Below are positions 9,826 through 19,201 of a stretch of DNA of 64,000 nucleotides, one piece after another; within the stretch, counting starts at the first letter, position 1, and each line of letters opens with the position of its first letter. The notes under the pieces are model-generated. The model made no database searches and was not told the origin of the DNA. It worked only from the letters and a program-made list of their open reading frames with translations. Where the stretch lies: the sequence record NZ_CP023526.1; one strand, given 5' to 3'. The DNA comes from a plasmid. The translations under genes were made by a program, and so were the position numbers.

Positions 9826-10233
9826 CTACAGTTCTTTGGACAGGTAATGCCGGCTGAACTTTCTGGCATAACCATCCAGTTTGCCGTATTCACGGTAACC
9901 CAACTTCTCGTAAAACCCGCGAGCCTGGAAACTGAAGGTGTCCACGTAAGTCATGTGGCATCCCCGCTTCCGGGCTTCCATTTCCGCCCTTAACATAAGG
10001 GCCCTGCCGTATCCCTTCCGGCGTTCTTCTTCTGCTACCCAGAGATACTGTATTTCCAGCGCTCCCCACCACGTCTGGGCGACCAGTCCCCCTGAAAGCA
10101 TATCGCCATTATAAATGGACAACATGAAAGGACGTATATCCACCGGAGCCCAGGCTTCATTATGTGTCCAGAGGTTATCGATGATGAGGTGCTTCGTTTT
10201 TTCATCAGGACGATCGCTAAAATGAATATTCAT
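9826..10233 (-). CDS. GNAT-family N-acetyltransferase
   Basis: 135 aa. '...EERRKGYGRALM...' carries the acetyl-CoA binding motif A (R/Q-x-x-G-x-G/A). Confidence 0.75.
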   Translation of the reverse strand: MNIHFSDRPDEKTKHLIIDNLWTHNEAWAPVDIRPFMLSIYNGDMLSGGLVAQTWWGALEIQYLWVAEEERRKGYGRALMLRAEMEARKRGCHMTYVDTFSFQARGFYEKLGYREYGKLDGYARKFSRHYLSKEL

Positions 10234-11186
10234 AAAAATTCCCTGTTAAAGGCGGATTTACAGAAGCTATTAGGTGACAAAAATCTCAAAACAACCAACC
10301 CCATGCCTTTTTTTGGCAGAATATTCAGAACATTCTCTAACTAGTGATTTAGCTGAACTAAACAGTGGTGCAGTATCAGAAATGGGATTTAGAATATGCT
10401 GGATAAAAGCAGGCTGACAGTAACCTGGCTCATATCCCGCTACTAATCTTGTCTGCGTATTGCGCCATCCCTCCCTGTCACCAGTCGAATCTGTCTTTCA
10501 GAGCTATTTTAGCTCTGGCCCAGCATTTTCATCAGCGTACCTTAAAAGCAAAGCACCGAGATAATTTAGAAACTTTTTTGGCATTATTCAGAAACGGAAG
10601 CGAATATCACTGCAAAAAAGGTTTTTTCTCTAAAATAATCAGCCTGGAAACACCTTATTTGCTTTTACTAATACCTCCTCAATTTCTGGTCGCAACGCCA
10701 GGAGATATGGCCTGGATGGGGGTGAAATCCGGTGATATGACCGAGGCGACGGCACGAGGGTGAGCGCTGAGGGCGAGAACAACGTCCAGACCCGCCAGGG
10801 TGCCAGGGCCTTCCTGCTAGGGCATAATCAGATGGATAGCGGAAAAGACCGAAATTTCCAGCCGTTCGTGAAAGTCAACTGGCTGCATAACACGAAGCGT
10901 AATGGCGTGGTGATGAATGGCGTATCGCTGGAGCAGGCCGGGGCTGTCAATGTCGGGGAAGTAAAACTCGGTGCAGAAGGCCAGTTGATCCGCCAGACAG
11001 CGCTGTGGGGAAACGTGAGGCAGTAACTGGGAGACAGAGTACAGCAACACGGCGGCCATGGTGGGCATTAAGTACTCATTTTAATCAACCACAGAAATCA
11101 TCCGATCGGCCCTGTGCACTCCGCAGGGCCAACTGGAGCGTTGAACCCGATGTTCTGGTCATTTTTCGAACTAACGCTCAAAACAG

Positions 11187-11840
11187 GTGATGCAAACAAT
11201 CAACAGAGGGGCGCAGATAGGTATGAAAAAGAAGCGGCAGCTATCCCGAATTCAGAAAAAAATTCTGCCTTTGATTCTAAAAACTGAGTCCTTTTCTTCA
11301 GACCCTATGTCCTTACGAAACATCGGACGAACGGTTGGGGAAGTCAATATACATTATTCCTGTCATTCGCTGGAAAGCCTGGGGCTTATCAGTCTTCAGC
11401 GATCCCGGACTCGCCAGCTGTTTCTTAAACTGACTGATGCAGGGAGGACGGTGGCGGCACGGTTACAGGAAGAGGCATATACGGCGGAAAAGGAACGACG
11501 TCAACAAGAGGAATGCCGGGTTCTGCCATTTCGTCCTCCCGGAAGAGAGACACTGGATATTGAGGTGTATATCAGAGGGAGACCATACACTGCTAATCGA
11601 GCAACGTTCATTATTCGAGTGGACGGATCCGTTAGCCTCGCTCTGTCGAGTAAAAACAGCGGTCAGGCCTGGCTGAATGGTGATGCTGTGCAAGTGGCTG
11701 AGTGGTATCAGATCTGCTATGACGCCGGGTTATCGGTGAATGTGCAGGTTAATGATAGCTTATGGTCTCCGGCGGCCCCCGCCTTGGCCTCAATGACCAG
11801 CCAGCCAGTCGGTGCGGTGACGGAGAGTGAAACTGGGTAG
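11187..11840 (+). CDS. hypothetical protein with a predicted N-terminal winged-helix DNA-binding region
   Basis: 217 aa. 'LSRIQKKILPLILKTESFSSDPMSLRNIGRTVGE...LFLKLTDAGRTVA' looks like a MarR/wHTH fold. It is followed by a TCCGAT repeat array. Confidence 0.45.
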   Translation: MMQTINRGAQIGMKKKRQLSRIQKKILPLILKTESFSSDPMSLRNIGRTVGEVNIHYSCHSLESLGLISLQRSRTRQLFLKLTDAGRTVAARLQEEAYTAEKERRQQEECRVLPFRPPGRETLDIEVYIRGRPYTANRATFIIRVDGSVSLALSSKNSGQAWLNGDAVQVAEWYQICYDAGLSVNVQVNDSLWSPAAPALASMTSQPVGAVTESETG

Positions 11841-11874
11841 CGCGGGGTTATCTGTCGGCCAGTGCCTGCGACTG

Positions 11875-12000
11875 CATATTCCGACCCAAACCGATCATTG
11901 ATTCCGATGCAGTCCGATCGCACTTTCCGATTTAATTCGACCACGGATTCTGATTTGCTCCGGCCAGATTTAGTCATCTGTCGGAATCCATGATTTAATT
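11875..12000. promoter_or_regulatory. array of direct and one inverted TCCGAT / ATTCCGA(C/T) motifs
   Basis: attCCGAC, gatTCCGAT, agTCCGAT, ttTCCGAT, gatTCTGAT and inverted GTCGGAAT lie within about 125 bp between two convergent/divergent genes. Confidence 0.4.
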
Positions 12001-12046
12001 TCTGACGCATGCCAGCAGCCGTGCCCTGCCTGCGGTCTCGCTCAAG

Positions 12047-12505
12047 TTAGAGGGCAATATCGGGGGCCCCACTCCGGATGAAGCAGTTTTCGGCCCCCCA
12101 GTCGGGCCAGTGCAAGCGCCACCAGATCGCAGAATGCCAGATGATGCGCAGGATTATTGCCCGATTGTCATTGAATTTCTTCAGGCGAGTCTCAACAATC
12201 GCCTGCATCATATAAATACCGGGATTCTGGTTGAGTGTGCGGTTCCACAGGGAACGATGAGGAAGTGGAAAACACCGTGTGATTCGCTGCACCTTTCTGC
12301 ACAGGCGCGCACCAGGACATAAGCATTTCTCGTGTTGATAGACTCGCCGTTTGCACATTGCCTTACGAGCCTCGTTTAGGCTGTCTGTATCCATCCATTT
12401 AGCAATTCGGTTGTGGTAGTCATTATGGAACAGCGGCTTATCATTGGTAAATTTGGCATTTGTCGTAAGGTGAAGATAATCCAGGCTTGAACATTCCTTC
12501 TCCAT
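12047..12505 (-). CDS. hypothetical basic Cys-rich protein
   Basis: 152 aa, co-directional with and 43 bp downstream of the XRE regulator gene. No recognisable motif. Confidence 0.45.
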   Translation of the reverse strand: MEKECSSLDYLHLTTNAKFTNDKPLFHNDYHNRIAKWMDTDSLNEARKAMCKRRVYQHEKCLCPGARLCRKVQRITRCFPLPHRSLWNRTLNQNPGIYMMQAIVETRLKKFNDNRAIILRIIWHSAIWWRLHWPDWGAENCFIRSGAPDIAL

Positions 12506-12548
12506 GCCACAGTTTCTACCACTATACTCTGCTCTGGATTAACTCGAG

Positions 12549-13040
12549 CTAATCCCCCAGCCCTTTCTCATCAAGAAGGTACTCCCTACGAATGGCTCTT
12601 TGTTTATCCACTGATAACTTATTCAGTTCCAAGGCAAGCTCGATAACCGGCACAGGTAAAGACATCACCTCGCGCCCATCAGAGCCCCTTGCATTTTCAA
12701 CCTGCTGCAGCAATGCATTTAACATTTGTTTGATAACGATACTTCGCTGGGCGTCCGACAAAAACTCGGCCAGAGTCATCATTAACTGCAGGTCTCTTTT
12801 TATACAGCACTCATCATCAGTCTGACTTACATCTTCCCCTAACAGCCAGGCTGAGCTTAGGCCCGTTGCCCGGGCTATTTTTTGTACCTGCTCAATGCCA
12901 TTAGGCACAGAGTCACCCGCAACATAGCCCCGAATAGTGGAATAAGGGATATCACATTTCTGCGCTAAATCGCGCATGGAATCCCCTGTCATAGTGAGCA
13001 GCTCGGCAAGTCTGACACTAAAATTGCTCTTAATCATCAC
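12549..13040 (-). CDS. XRE-family helix-turn-helix transcriptional regulator
   Basis: 'VRLAELLTMTGDSMRDLAQKCDIPYSTIRGYVAG' is a Cro/C1-type HTH. A C-terminal ~90-aa extension follows. Confidence 0.7.
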   Translation of the reverse strand: MMIKSNFSVRLAELLTMTGDSMRDLAQKCDIPYSTIRGYVAGDSVPNGIEQVQKIARATGLSSAWLLGEDVSQTDDECCIKRDLQLMMTLAEFLSDAQRSIVIKQMLNALLQQVENARGSDGREVMSLPVPVIELALELNKLSVDKQRAIRREYLLDEKGLGD

Positions 13041-13409
13041 ACACCAGGCATGTAACCATATGAATAGAATAGCAATTGCAGAGATTATCTAAAATTAGTT
13101 ATTTTATGCCTTTATTTCTCTAATTTTAGATATACCCTGTTTGTATAAATTGCAGACAGTTTCCCTTTGCAGATTCAAACACTGCGCATCGCACAGCCCG
13201 GGCGAAATTGCCATGCACGCGTACGTGCCATCAAAGGCAACGTCCAGGCACTGTGTAGCCTGACCGAACCCCGGCTTCACGCAAGTCCGGCCTTCGAATT
13301 TCAGACACACCACATCGTATACCCGCCAGCCCTGTTTCATCCGGCAGGGGCTCCTGCGCGCGCTGGCATTCTACCATGTCCGACATGAGACGAAGGAGAG
13401 ACAAGCCAC

Positions 13410-14267
13410 ATGACTCACACCGACGGGCACCAGCCTGACATCTGGCCCGCATACGTTCTGCCCCGGGGCGGCACACCCGTCCCGCCTGGTCCTCACCCCC
13501 ACATCAGGAGATACCCTGTGAACACCCCCCTTTCTGTACCCCGTCACCCGCTTCAGGGCAAAGTCATCGCCATCACCGGGGCCGCCTCCGGGATCGGCCT
13601 CGCCTGTGCCTCCGCCTTTCTTGCCGCCGGGGCCCGTGTTGTCATGATTGACCGCGACGTCGGAGCCCTCCTCCACCACGCAGATACCCTCGGAGAGCAC
13701 GCCCTGCCCCTGCCGGCCGACATCACCGACCCCGACCAGGCCGACGGTCTCGCTGACCACATCCTCTCCCTCGCCGGACGCCTCGATATCTTCCATGCCA
13801 ACGCCGGCATGTACACCGGCGGCCCCTTCGTCGACACCGACCCCGACACCATCGCGAAGCTCCTCGACCTCAACGTCACCGCCACTTTTCGCTGTATCCG
13901 CGCTGTCCTCCCCGCCTTTATCGCCCGACGCGGCGGGGATATCCTCCTCACCAGCTCCGTCGCCGGGGTCGTCCCTGTGGCACACGAGCCCGTCTATACC
14001 GCCTCCAAGTTTGCCCTCCAGGGCTTCGTCCACAGCCTCCGCCGGCAGCTCTCTCCCCACGGGGTCCGCGTCGGGGCCATCCTTCCCGGCCCGGTCAGCA
14101 CCGCCCTGCTCACCGCCTGGCCCGAGGCAAAACGCCGCGAGGCCCTGGAGACCTGCGCCCTCCTGCAGCCCGCTGATGTCGCCGAAGCCGCGCTCTTTAT
14201 GGTCACCCGGCCCCACGACGTCGTCATCCGGGATCTTGTGATCCTCCCGGCCGGGGTGGATCTCTGA
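13410..14267 (+). CDS. short-chain dehydrogenase/reductase (SDR) family oxidoreductase; start uncertain (possibly GTG 13518)
   Basis: It has the Rossmann motif 'ITGAASGIGLA' and the catalytic 'YTASKFAL'. GC is about 68 %, atypical for the rest of the window. Confidence 0.85.
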   Translation: MTHTDGHQPDIWPAYVLPRGGTPVPPGPHPHIRRYPVNTPLSVPRHPLQGKVIAITGAASGIGLACASAFLAAGARVVMIDRDVGALLHHADTLGEHALPLPADITDPDQADGLADHILSLAGRLDIFHANAGMYTGGPFVDTDPDTIAKLLDLNVTATFRCIRAVLPAFIARRGGDILLTSSVAGVVPVAHEPVYTASKFALQGFVHSLRRQLSPHGVRVGAILPGPVSTALLTAWPEAKRREALETCALLQPADVAEAALFMVTRPHDVVIRDLVILPAGVDL

Positions 14268-14541
14268 CGCCTTCCTGCCCGGATACTCAGACAGCTGTTC
14301 TCACGGAGACCTCAACGACGCCGGGAACCCGGCCCCGGCGCCTGAGGACAAGTCCGGAGAGGTGCCCTGTCCGCCAAAAGTCGTGCCCCATGGCGCTTAT
14401 GGGACTATGACTCACGTCCTTCTACTTTCATCAAAGTGTTGATATTCGTTACTCTTTAGAAAGAGTCCCCCCCTTCTCAATAATCAATGCCGTATGGACT
14501 TAACAACGGCCGCTATGAGCGAGAAACGGAAGTTAACATGT
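13797..14541. repeat. copy 2 of the >=745-bp direct repeat (copy 1 at 1..745)
   Basis: See copy 1. Identity ends at 14541. Confidence 0.9.
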
Positions 14542-14778
14542 CTATTAAAGTGGTTAAATTTAGTAATCCACTATAAGGCTTTTTTAGATCTTTTGTGATG
14601 AAACGCTGAGTTTAGACAGAGATAGCTGCATAACTTCGAGTATTATCAATAGTTAGATTGATGTGAAGAGATTAAGGTCACATACTTTTTTCTAGTTCTA
14701 TAAGTAAATTATTCTAAAAACCTAACTGGATGAAAGTTTAAAGCACCTTTTCAAAATTTTTAACGAAAGGACAAATCT

Positions 14779-16644
14779 ATGGCAAACTCAACGAATCAGG
14801 GAAGAAAAAGTAAGAGCCCGCTTGACGATAAAACTACTATTGATGATTTACACAGCATCCCCCTTGCATCGTTGTTAGACGGTTATGAAGAACTGTGTGG
14901 TTTAAATATGTGGCTTGAACTAAGCAAATTAGCATCTACAGCTTTAAACCGCGATGACCACTCTGCTCACAGAGCATATAAACTCTTAGCGACGCTATGT
15001 TCAATGCGAATGTCATCTGACGATCCGGCCGATACTTGGCATCCAAGATGGCAAGATGCAGAAAATAAAATGCTCACGCCTCAAGATATAAAAAGTGATT
15101 ATAACTCACTGCTTTCAGATATTGTTAATTTTATTAATAACTTGGCATTGAAAGGCCGAATTGCAGATATCGTATGGTCAAATGACCGTAAAGAATACAA
15201 GTGTGGCATCGAAGCGGTCAAAGCATATTCTAATATAGTCCTTGAGCATATAAGCAAAAAATGCGATACCGATAATTTCACAAAGTTATTTGAGTTGATG
15301 AATTTATTACAGAGAGCCTTGTGCATAAATGGGACGATGGGTAAGCGCGACCATATTCCAAGTTATCTAGCAAAAGCTTTTGAACAATTTTATATCTTCT
15401 CTTATCAAAAATGTATATATGTAGCATTTTCTAGGATTGGAGAGTTAGCTATAGGTTATAAAATAAAAACATGGCAAGAAGTAGCTGATGATTCAGAAAA
15501 TCTTGTTAACAGGGGAAGTATAAATGATTATCCAGAAGCTCGGAAGAAAGTGTGGGCACTTGCAGCACAATGTCATCTGAAAAATAAAAACACTGAAGGT
15601 CGCAGGCACTGTTTAGAGGAGTATTCAAATGAAACTCTAAGAATGTGTGAACAAGTTTCAAGCTATGCTGCGAAAGCTTCTTGGGTACGACAGGCTATAA
15701 CAGAACTTCAAATAGCGGGTGGGTTTCAGGATAAAATTGATATTCTTCGAGTTAAATTAAGGGACTTACAACTTGCCAGCCTCTCTGAGATGTTTCAATA
15801 TGACATGCCTTGCGATCTATCAGAAGAATACAATGAAACAATTAATCAGTTCACAAACATTTTCCTCCCCGAAATACTGTATTGCTTTGCAATATTATCT
15901 AAATCACCAACTATTGAAAGCTTAAAAGAAGAAATTTTAAACAACAATAGTAGTGGAATATCCTTTTTATTCCCCACTTCAATATATCTTGACCAAGAAG
16001 GCAAACCTGTAGCTAAAACATGCAGTCACTCTTCAGAGCAAGAACCTAAAAATGAGTGGCTGAAATCGAACTCTATTATACATATGAGCAGCCTTAGGTA
16101 TTTTATTGTTGAATCAAGAATTAAACCAGCCCGACATGCTACGATGCTGCAATACGCGGTTGAGCTAAGACATTTCGATGTTATTGTGAGTTTAAGTAGC
16201 TTTGTTCCTTTTGGCCATGAACATCTCTTCAGTTTAGGTTTTTCCCGTTTATTCCAAGGTGATTTGGCATCAGCAGCATATATACTAATTCCTCAGCTTG
16301 AGAATACATTACGCCATGTTTTATTCTGTAGTGGAAGAGATTCATTCAAATTTTCGGATGGCGGTCTTCAGGAGGATCGTTCTTTGTCGGGGCTATTGGA
16401 AAATAAACGTAGTGATTTATTAGAAATATTTGGTGAGGATATAGTTCATGAGATTGATATGCTTTTCCATTATAAAGCAGGCCCTTCGCTAAGGCATAAA
16501 GTTGCACATGGAAAATTGTCGGCTGGAGACTGTTATCAGCCAGATTGTATCTACGCTTGTTGGTTTATTTATAGACTCATTTGTTTACCTATTCTTCATT
16601 GCTGGAAAGACCAAGTAATACCGCAAATTGAGATGACGCTTTAA
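14779..16644 (+). CDS. large hypothetical protein with a C-terminal Rx4HG (HEPN-like) motif; candidate abortive-infection/RNase protein
   Basis: 621 aa, about 35 % GC. RBS AAAGGA 7 nt upstream. '...GPSLRHKVAHGKLS' near the C-terminus fits the HEPN R-x4-6-H signature. Confidence 0.8.
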   Translation: MANSTNQGRKSKSPLDDKTTIDDLHSIPLASLLDGYEELCGLNMWLELSKLASTALNRDDHSAHRAYKLLATLCSMRMSSDDPADTWHPRWQDAENKMLTPQDIKSDYNSLLSDIVNFINNLALKGRIADIVWSNDRKEYKCGIEAVKAYSNIVLEHISKKCDTDNFTKLFELMNLLQRALCINGTMGKRDHIPSYLAKAFEQFYIFSYQKCIYVAFSRIGELAIGYKIKTWQEVADDSENLVNRGSINDYPEARKKVWALAAQCHLKNKNTEGRRHCLEEYSNETLRMCEQVSSYAAKASWVRQAITELQIAGGFQDKIDILRVKLRDLQLASLSEMFQYDMPCDLSEEYNETINQFTNIFLPEILYCFAILSKSPTIESLKEEILNNNSSGISFLFPTSIYLDQEGKPVAKTCSHSSEQEPKNEWLKSNSIIHMSSLRYFIVESRIKPARHATMLQYAVELRHFDVIVSLSSFVPFGHEHLFSLGFSRLFQGDLASAAYILIPQLENTLRHVLFCSGRDSFKFSDGGLQEDRSLSGLLENKRSDLLEIFGEDIVHEIDMLFHYKAGPSLRHKVAHGKLSAGDCYQPDCIYACWFIYRLICLPILHCWKDQVIPQIEMTL

Positions 16645-16935
16645 CTTTATGTAATATTTTATTTTTTTGCAAATATGGAAATTAAAAATATTTCTTATGC
16701 GCCTGAATGAAGCTGCTGCAACTTAGAGCGCGTACACTTAAGAACTCCCGCTGGCGATGATGGCAGACGACAACTTTTGACAACTCGCCCCCATCACCAA
16801 CTGGCTGACTTGTTCCCGGCTGATTAACACATCATGATATCAGCAATGTCCTCTTCTGGCACTGAAGACGGTCAGATTAAGTCTGGCCCTGCGCCACATC
16901 TATGTCAGGCCAAATCTGAGATAATACAAATAAAG

Positions 16936-18105
16936 TTATCGTCTGGCGGTCGCTGAAAGAGTCTCATCCTGTGCCAGTAAAGTTATCACATCACCAGCTA
17001 TTTCTGGTCTGATACCAGGCGTTTTATAGGCCGCATACGCTGCAACGGATAATGGGCTCCAGGCATGCACCCCAGCGATACGTTTTACCTCCTCGATAAC
17101 CTTAAACGTATCGTTTTCCAAAGCCAGTCCTAAACGGGCTGTATCCAGATAAATGCGCTGAACTCCAGAGATATGCGTGAACTTTTTAAGTTCTGCGGTA
17201 ATAATTCGCTGCGCTTCCACACCGATAGACGAGCCTCCTTCAACGACCCCTGTCAACCCAACAAGCTTACCTCCATCACTACGAGTATTGTCATCTTTGA
17301 CTCTTGGAAGCGGCACTAAGACATTCAACTCTACATCCTGCTGAAGTAACTCAAGCAGTTCGGGCAAAAGCTCAGTTTTGATGACACCTTTTAAAGCAAC
17401 TGCTCTTTTAGCTAGAGTGACAGGGGACTGTCCCAACCGCGCCGACATAGAAATAAGACAACTCGCGATTATGAAAATATCGCATTCCCCTATCAAAGGG
17501 GCACACTCGGCCCGGAAAGATTGCTCGTCACGAAGTGTAGGATTTACTTTTTCAGGTTTCCTAATTTTTGAATTCGGCTGCTTCTTGCTACATCCACACA
17601 AAGCATCCTGTGCATTTCGGGTTAGTATGCTGATGCTTTTAAGTAGATCCTCACCGCCCTCAAGGTTGGCAACCATTTTCTGCATATTTTCGAGCCTGCC
17701 AAGCATCTCGGGATTAGCATTACCCGAAGCGATCTTCTCGCTGATGTCATTAAGATTCCTCAGAACACCAGTAACAATCTGCGATGGAGCAGGATCTGAG
17801 GCTTTCAGTTCATGGCTTTTTTTGATTTCTTTCTCCATCAACTGGAGCGCCTGCTTCCAGTCGGTTTGTACACCGGCTTTAAGGGTCTCAAGATTAAGAA
17901 TAACGGTGCGAAGACGTTCACTTTTAGCTAATGGTATAGGTTCACCATTCTTTTTACCTACTTTCAGCCAGTGAACTAAGGAAACGAAGTCAGCTTTAGC
18001 CGTCGTAGCAAGTCCATTGATAACGCGCTGCCGTGCTTCAGGTGTAGAGTGGTTTGTTCTCGGCGCTGGCAGACGATCATTTTTGTGCACTATTGACCTC
18101 TTCAT
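16936..18105 (-). CDS. hypothetical protein (no recognisable domain; basic N-terminus, alpha/beta C-terminal half)
   Basis: 389-aa ORF convergent with the 621-aa gene. The segment 'CDIFIIAS...GKLVGLTGVVEGGSSIGVEAQRI' suggests a Rossmann-like fold. Confidence 0.7.
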   Translation of the reverse strand: MKRSIVHKNDRLPAPRTNHSTPEARQRVINGLATTAKADFVSLVHWLKVGKKNGEPIPLAKSERLRTVILNLETLKAGVQTDWKQALQLMEKEIKKSHELKASDPAPSQIVTGVLRNLNDISEKIASGNANPEMLGRLENMQKMVANLEGGEDLLKSISILTRNAQDALCGCSKKQPNSKIRKPEKVNPTLRDEQSFRAECAPLIGECDIFIIASCLISMSARLGQSPVTLAKRAVALKGVIKTELLPELLELLQQDVELNVLVPLPRVKDDNTRSDGGKLVGLTGVVEGGSSIGVEAQRIITAELKKFTHISGVQRIYLDTARLGLALENDTFKVIEEVKRIAGVHAWSPLSVAAYAAYKTPGIRPEIAGDVITLLAQDETLSATARR

Positions 18106-18316
18106 ATCGGATATCTCAACTCGGCTCCATCATCGATAAACCCACGCCCGGATTCCAGACTGCAATCAAACCCCCTTACATATCATGTTTTAGGGTAGTG
18201 ATGCCCGCTGCGCCATCAAAGTATTGTTATATTTTGCTCACAAAGGTGATTCTTCAACTTCCGCTTTTGGCACTCATCGAAAGTTATCATTAACTGCCCT
18301 TGTAAGTCTCCCAGTA

Positions 18317-19201
18317 TTAGTTCCACACACTTTTTGAGAGTTCCGGTTTTTCAGCCATCAGCCGGTACTCTTCTGGCGTCAGGTTGTTCAGGGATTCATG
18401 AGGCCGCTCGTTGTTATATTCCATCAGCCAGCTCTCTGTAATTTCCCGTACTTCATTCAGTGTTCTGAACAGGTAAAAATCCAGGATTTCTGTCCGGTAT
18501 GTCCGGTTGAAGCGTTCGATAAAAGCATTTTGTGTAGGTTTTCCCGGCTTTATAAATTCTAGCTGCACACTATGCTCTTCGGCCCATTGTGCCAGCGCCA
18601 GAGATACAAGTTCCGGACCATTATCCATCCGCATTTTAAGTGGATAGCCGCGGTTTGCCACGATCCGCTCCAGTACCCGGACAACACGTTGAGCCGGGAT
18701 GTTCAGGTCGATTTCTATCGCCAGCGCTTCACGGTTAAAATCATCCACTACATTGAAGGTCCGAAAGCGTCTGCCACAGACCAGCGCATCGTGCATAAAA
18801 TCGATGGACCAACTCTGGTTTAACGCTTGCGGCGTCGCCAGTGGTGCAGGGTTACGCACTGGCAGCCGCTGTTTTCCCTTACGACGAAAATTCAGTTTCA
18901 GCAGGCAGTAAATCCGGTGAACGCGTTTATGGTTCCAGGCGTTACCCTGCCTGCGCAGTAACTGAAAAAGCTTCTTAAAACCATAACGCGGGTAGCGCTC
19001 TGCCAGCTCAGTCAGCATCTGGATCACCGGTTCATCCCGCCGGATATCGGGCTGGTAAAAATACACCGTCCTGCTCAGCGATAACGTCCTGCAAGCCTGG
19101 CGTAAACTCATGGCAAATTGCGCCGTCAGATAGCTGACGAGTTCACGCTTTATCGCTGGTTTTAAAGCTTTTTTTCGATAACGTCTTTCAGGGCCCGGCA
19201 T
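18317..19201 (-). CDS. IS3-family transposase OrfB (DDE integrase core)
   Basis: rve-type core with D...D...E spacing ('WSIDFMHD', 'MRMDNGPE', 'ERFNRTYR'). Confidence 0.85.
   Translation of the reverse strand: MPGPERRYRKKALKPAIKRELVSYLTAQFAMSLRQACRTLSLSRTVYFYQPDIRRDEPVIQMLTELAERYPRYGFKKLFQLLRRQGNAWNHKRVHRIYCLLKLNFRRKGKQRLPVRNPAPLATPQALNQSWSIDFMHDALVCGRRFRTFNVVDDFNREALAIEIDLNIPAQRVVRVLERIVANRGYPLKMRMDNGPELVSLALAQWAEEHSVQLEFIKPGKPTQNAFIERFNRTYRTEILDFYLFRTLNEVREITESWLMEYNNERPHESLNNLTPEEYRLMAEKPELSKSVWN

Noticed and set aside
13371-14241. 281-aa minus-strand and 197-aa plus-strand alternative-frame ORFs across the SDR gene (same at 2-448 and 201-434)
   Set aside because: In 68 % GC DNA all frames stay open. 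Only the frame with the TGxxxGxG Rossmann motif and the YxxxK catalytic motif is credible.
17378-17974. 198-aa plus-strand ORF inside the 389-aa minus-strand gene
   Set aside because: Its start is not preceded by an RBS and its composition is Ser/Leu/Phe-rich. The minus-strand frame is longer and has a proper RBS and start context.
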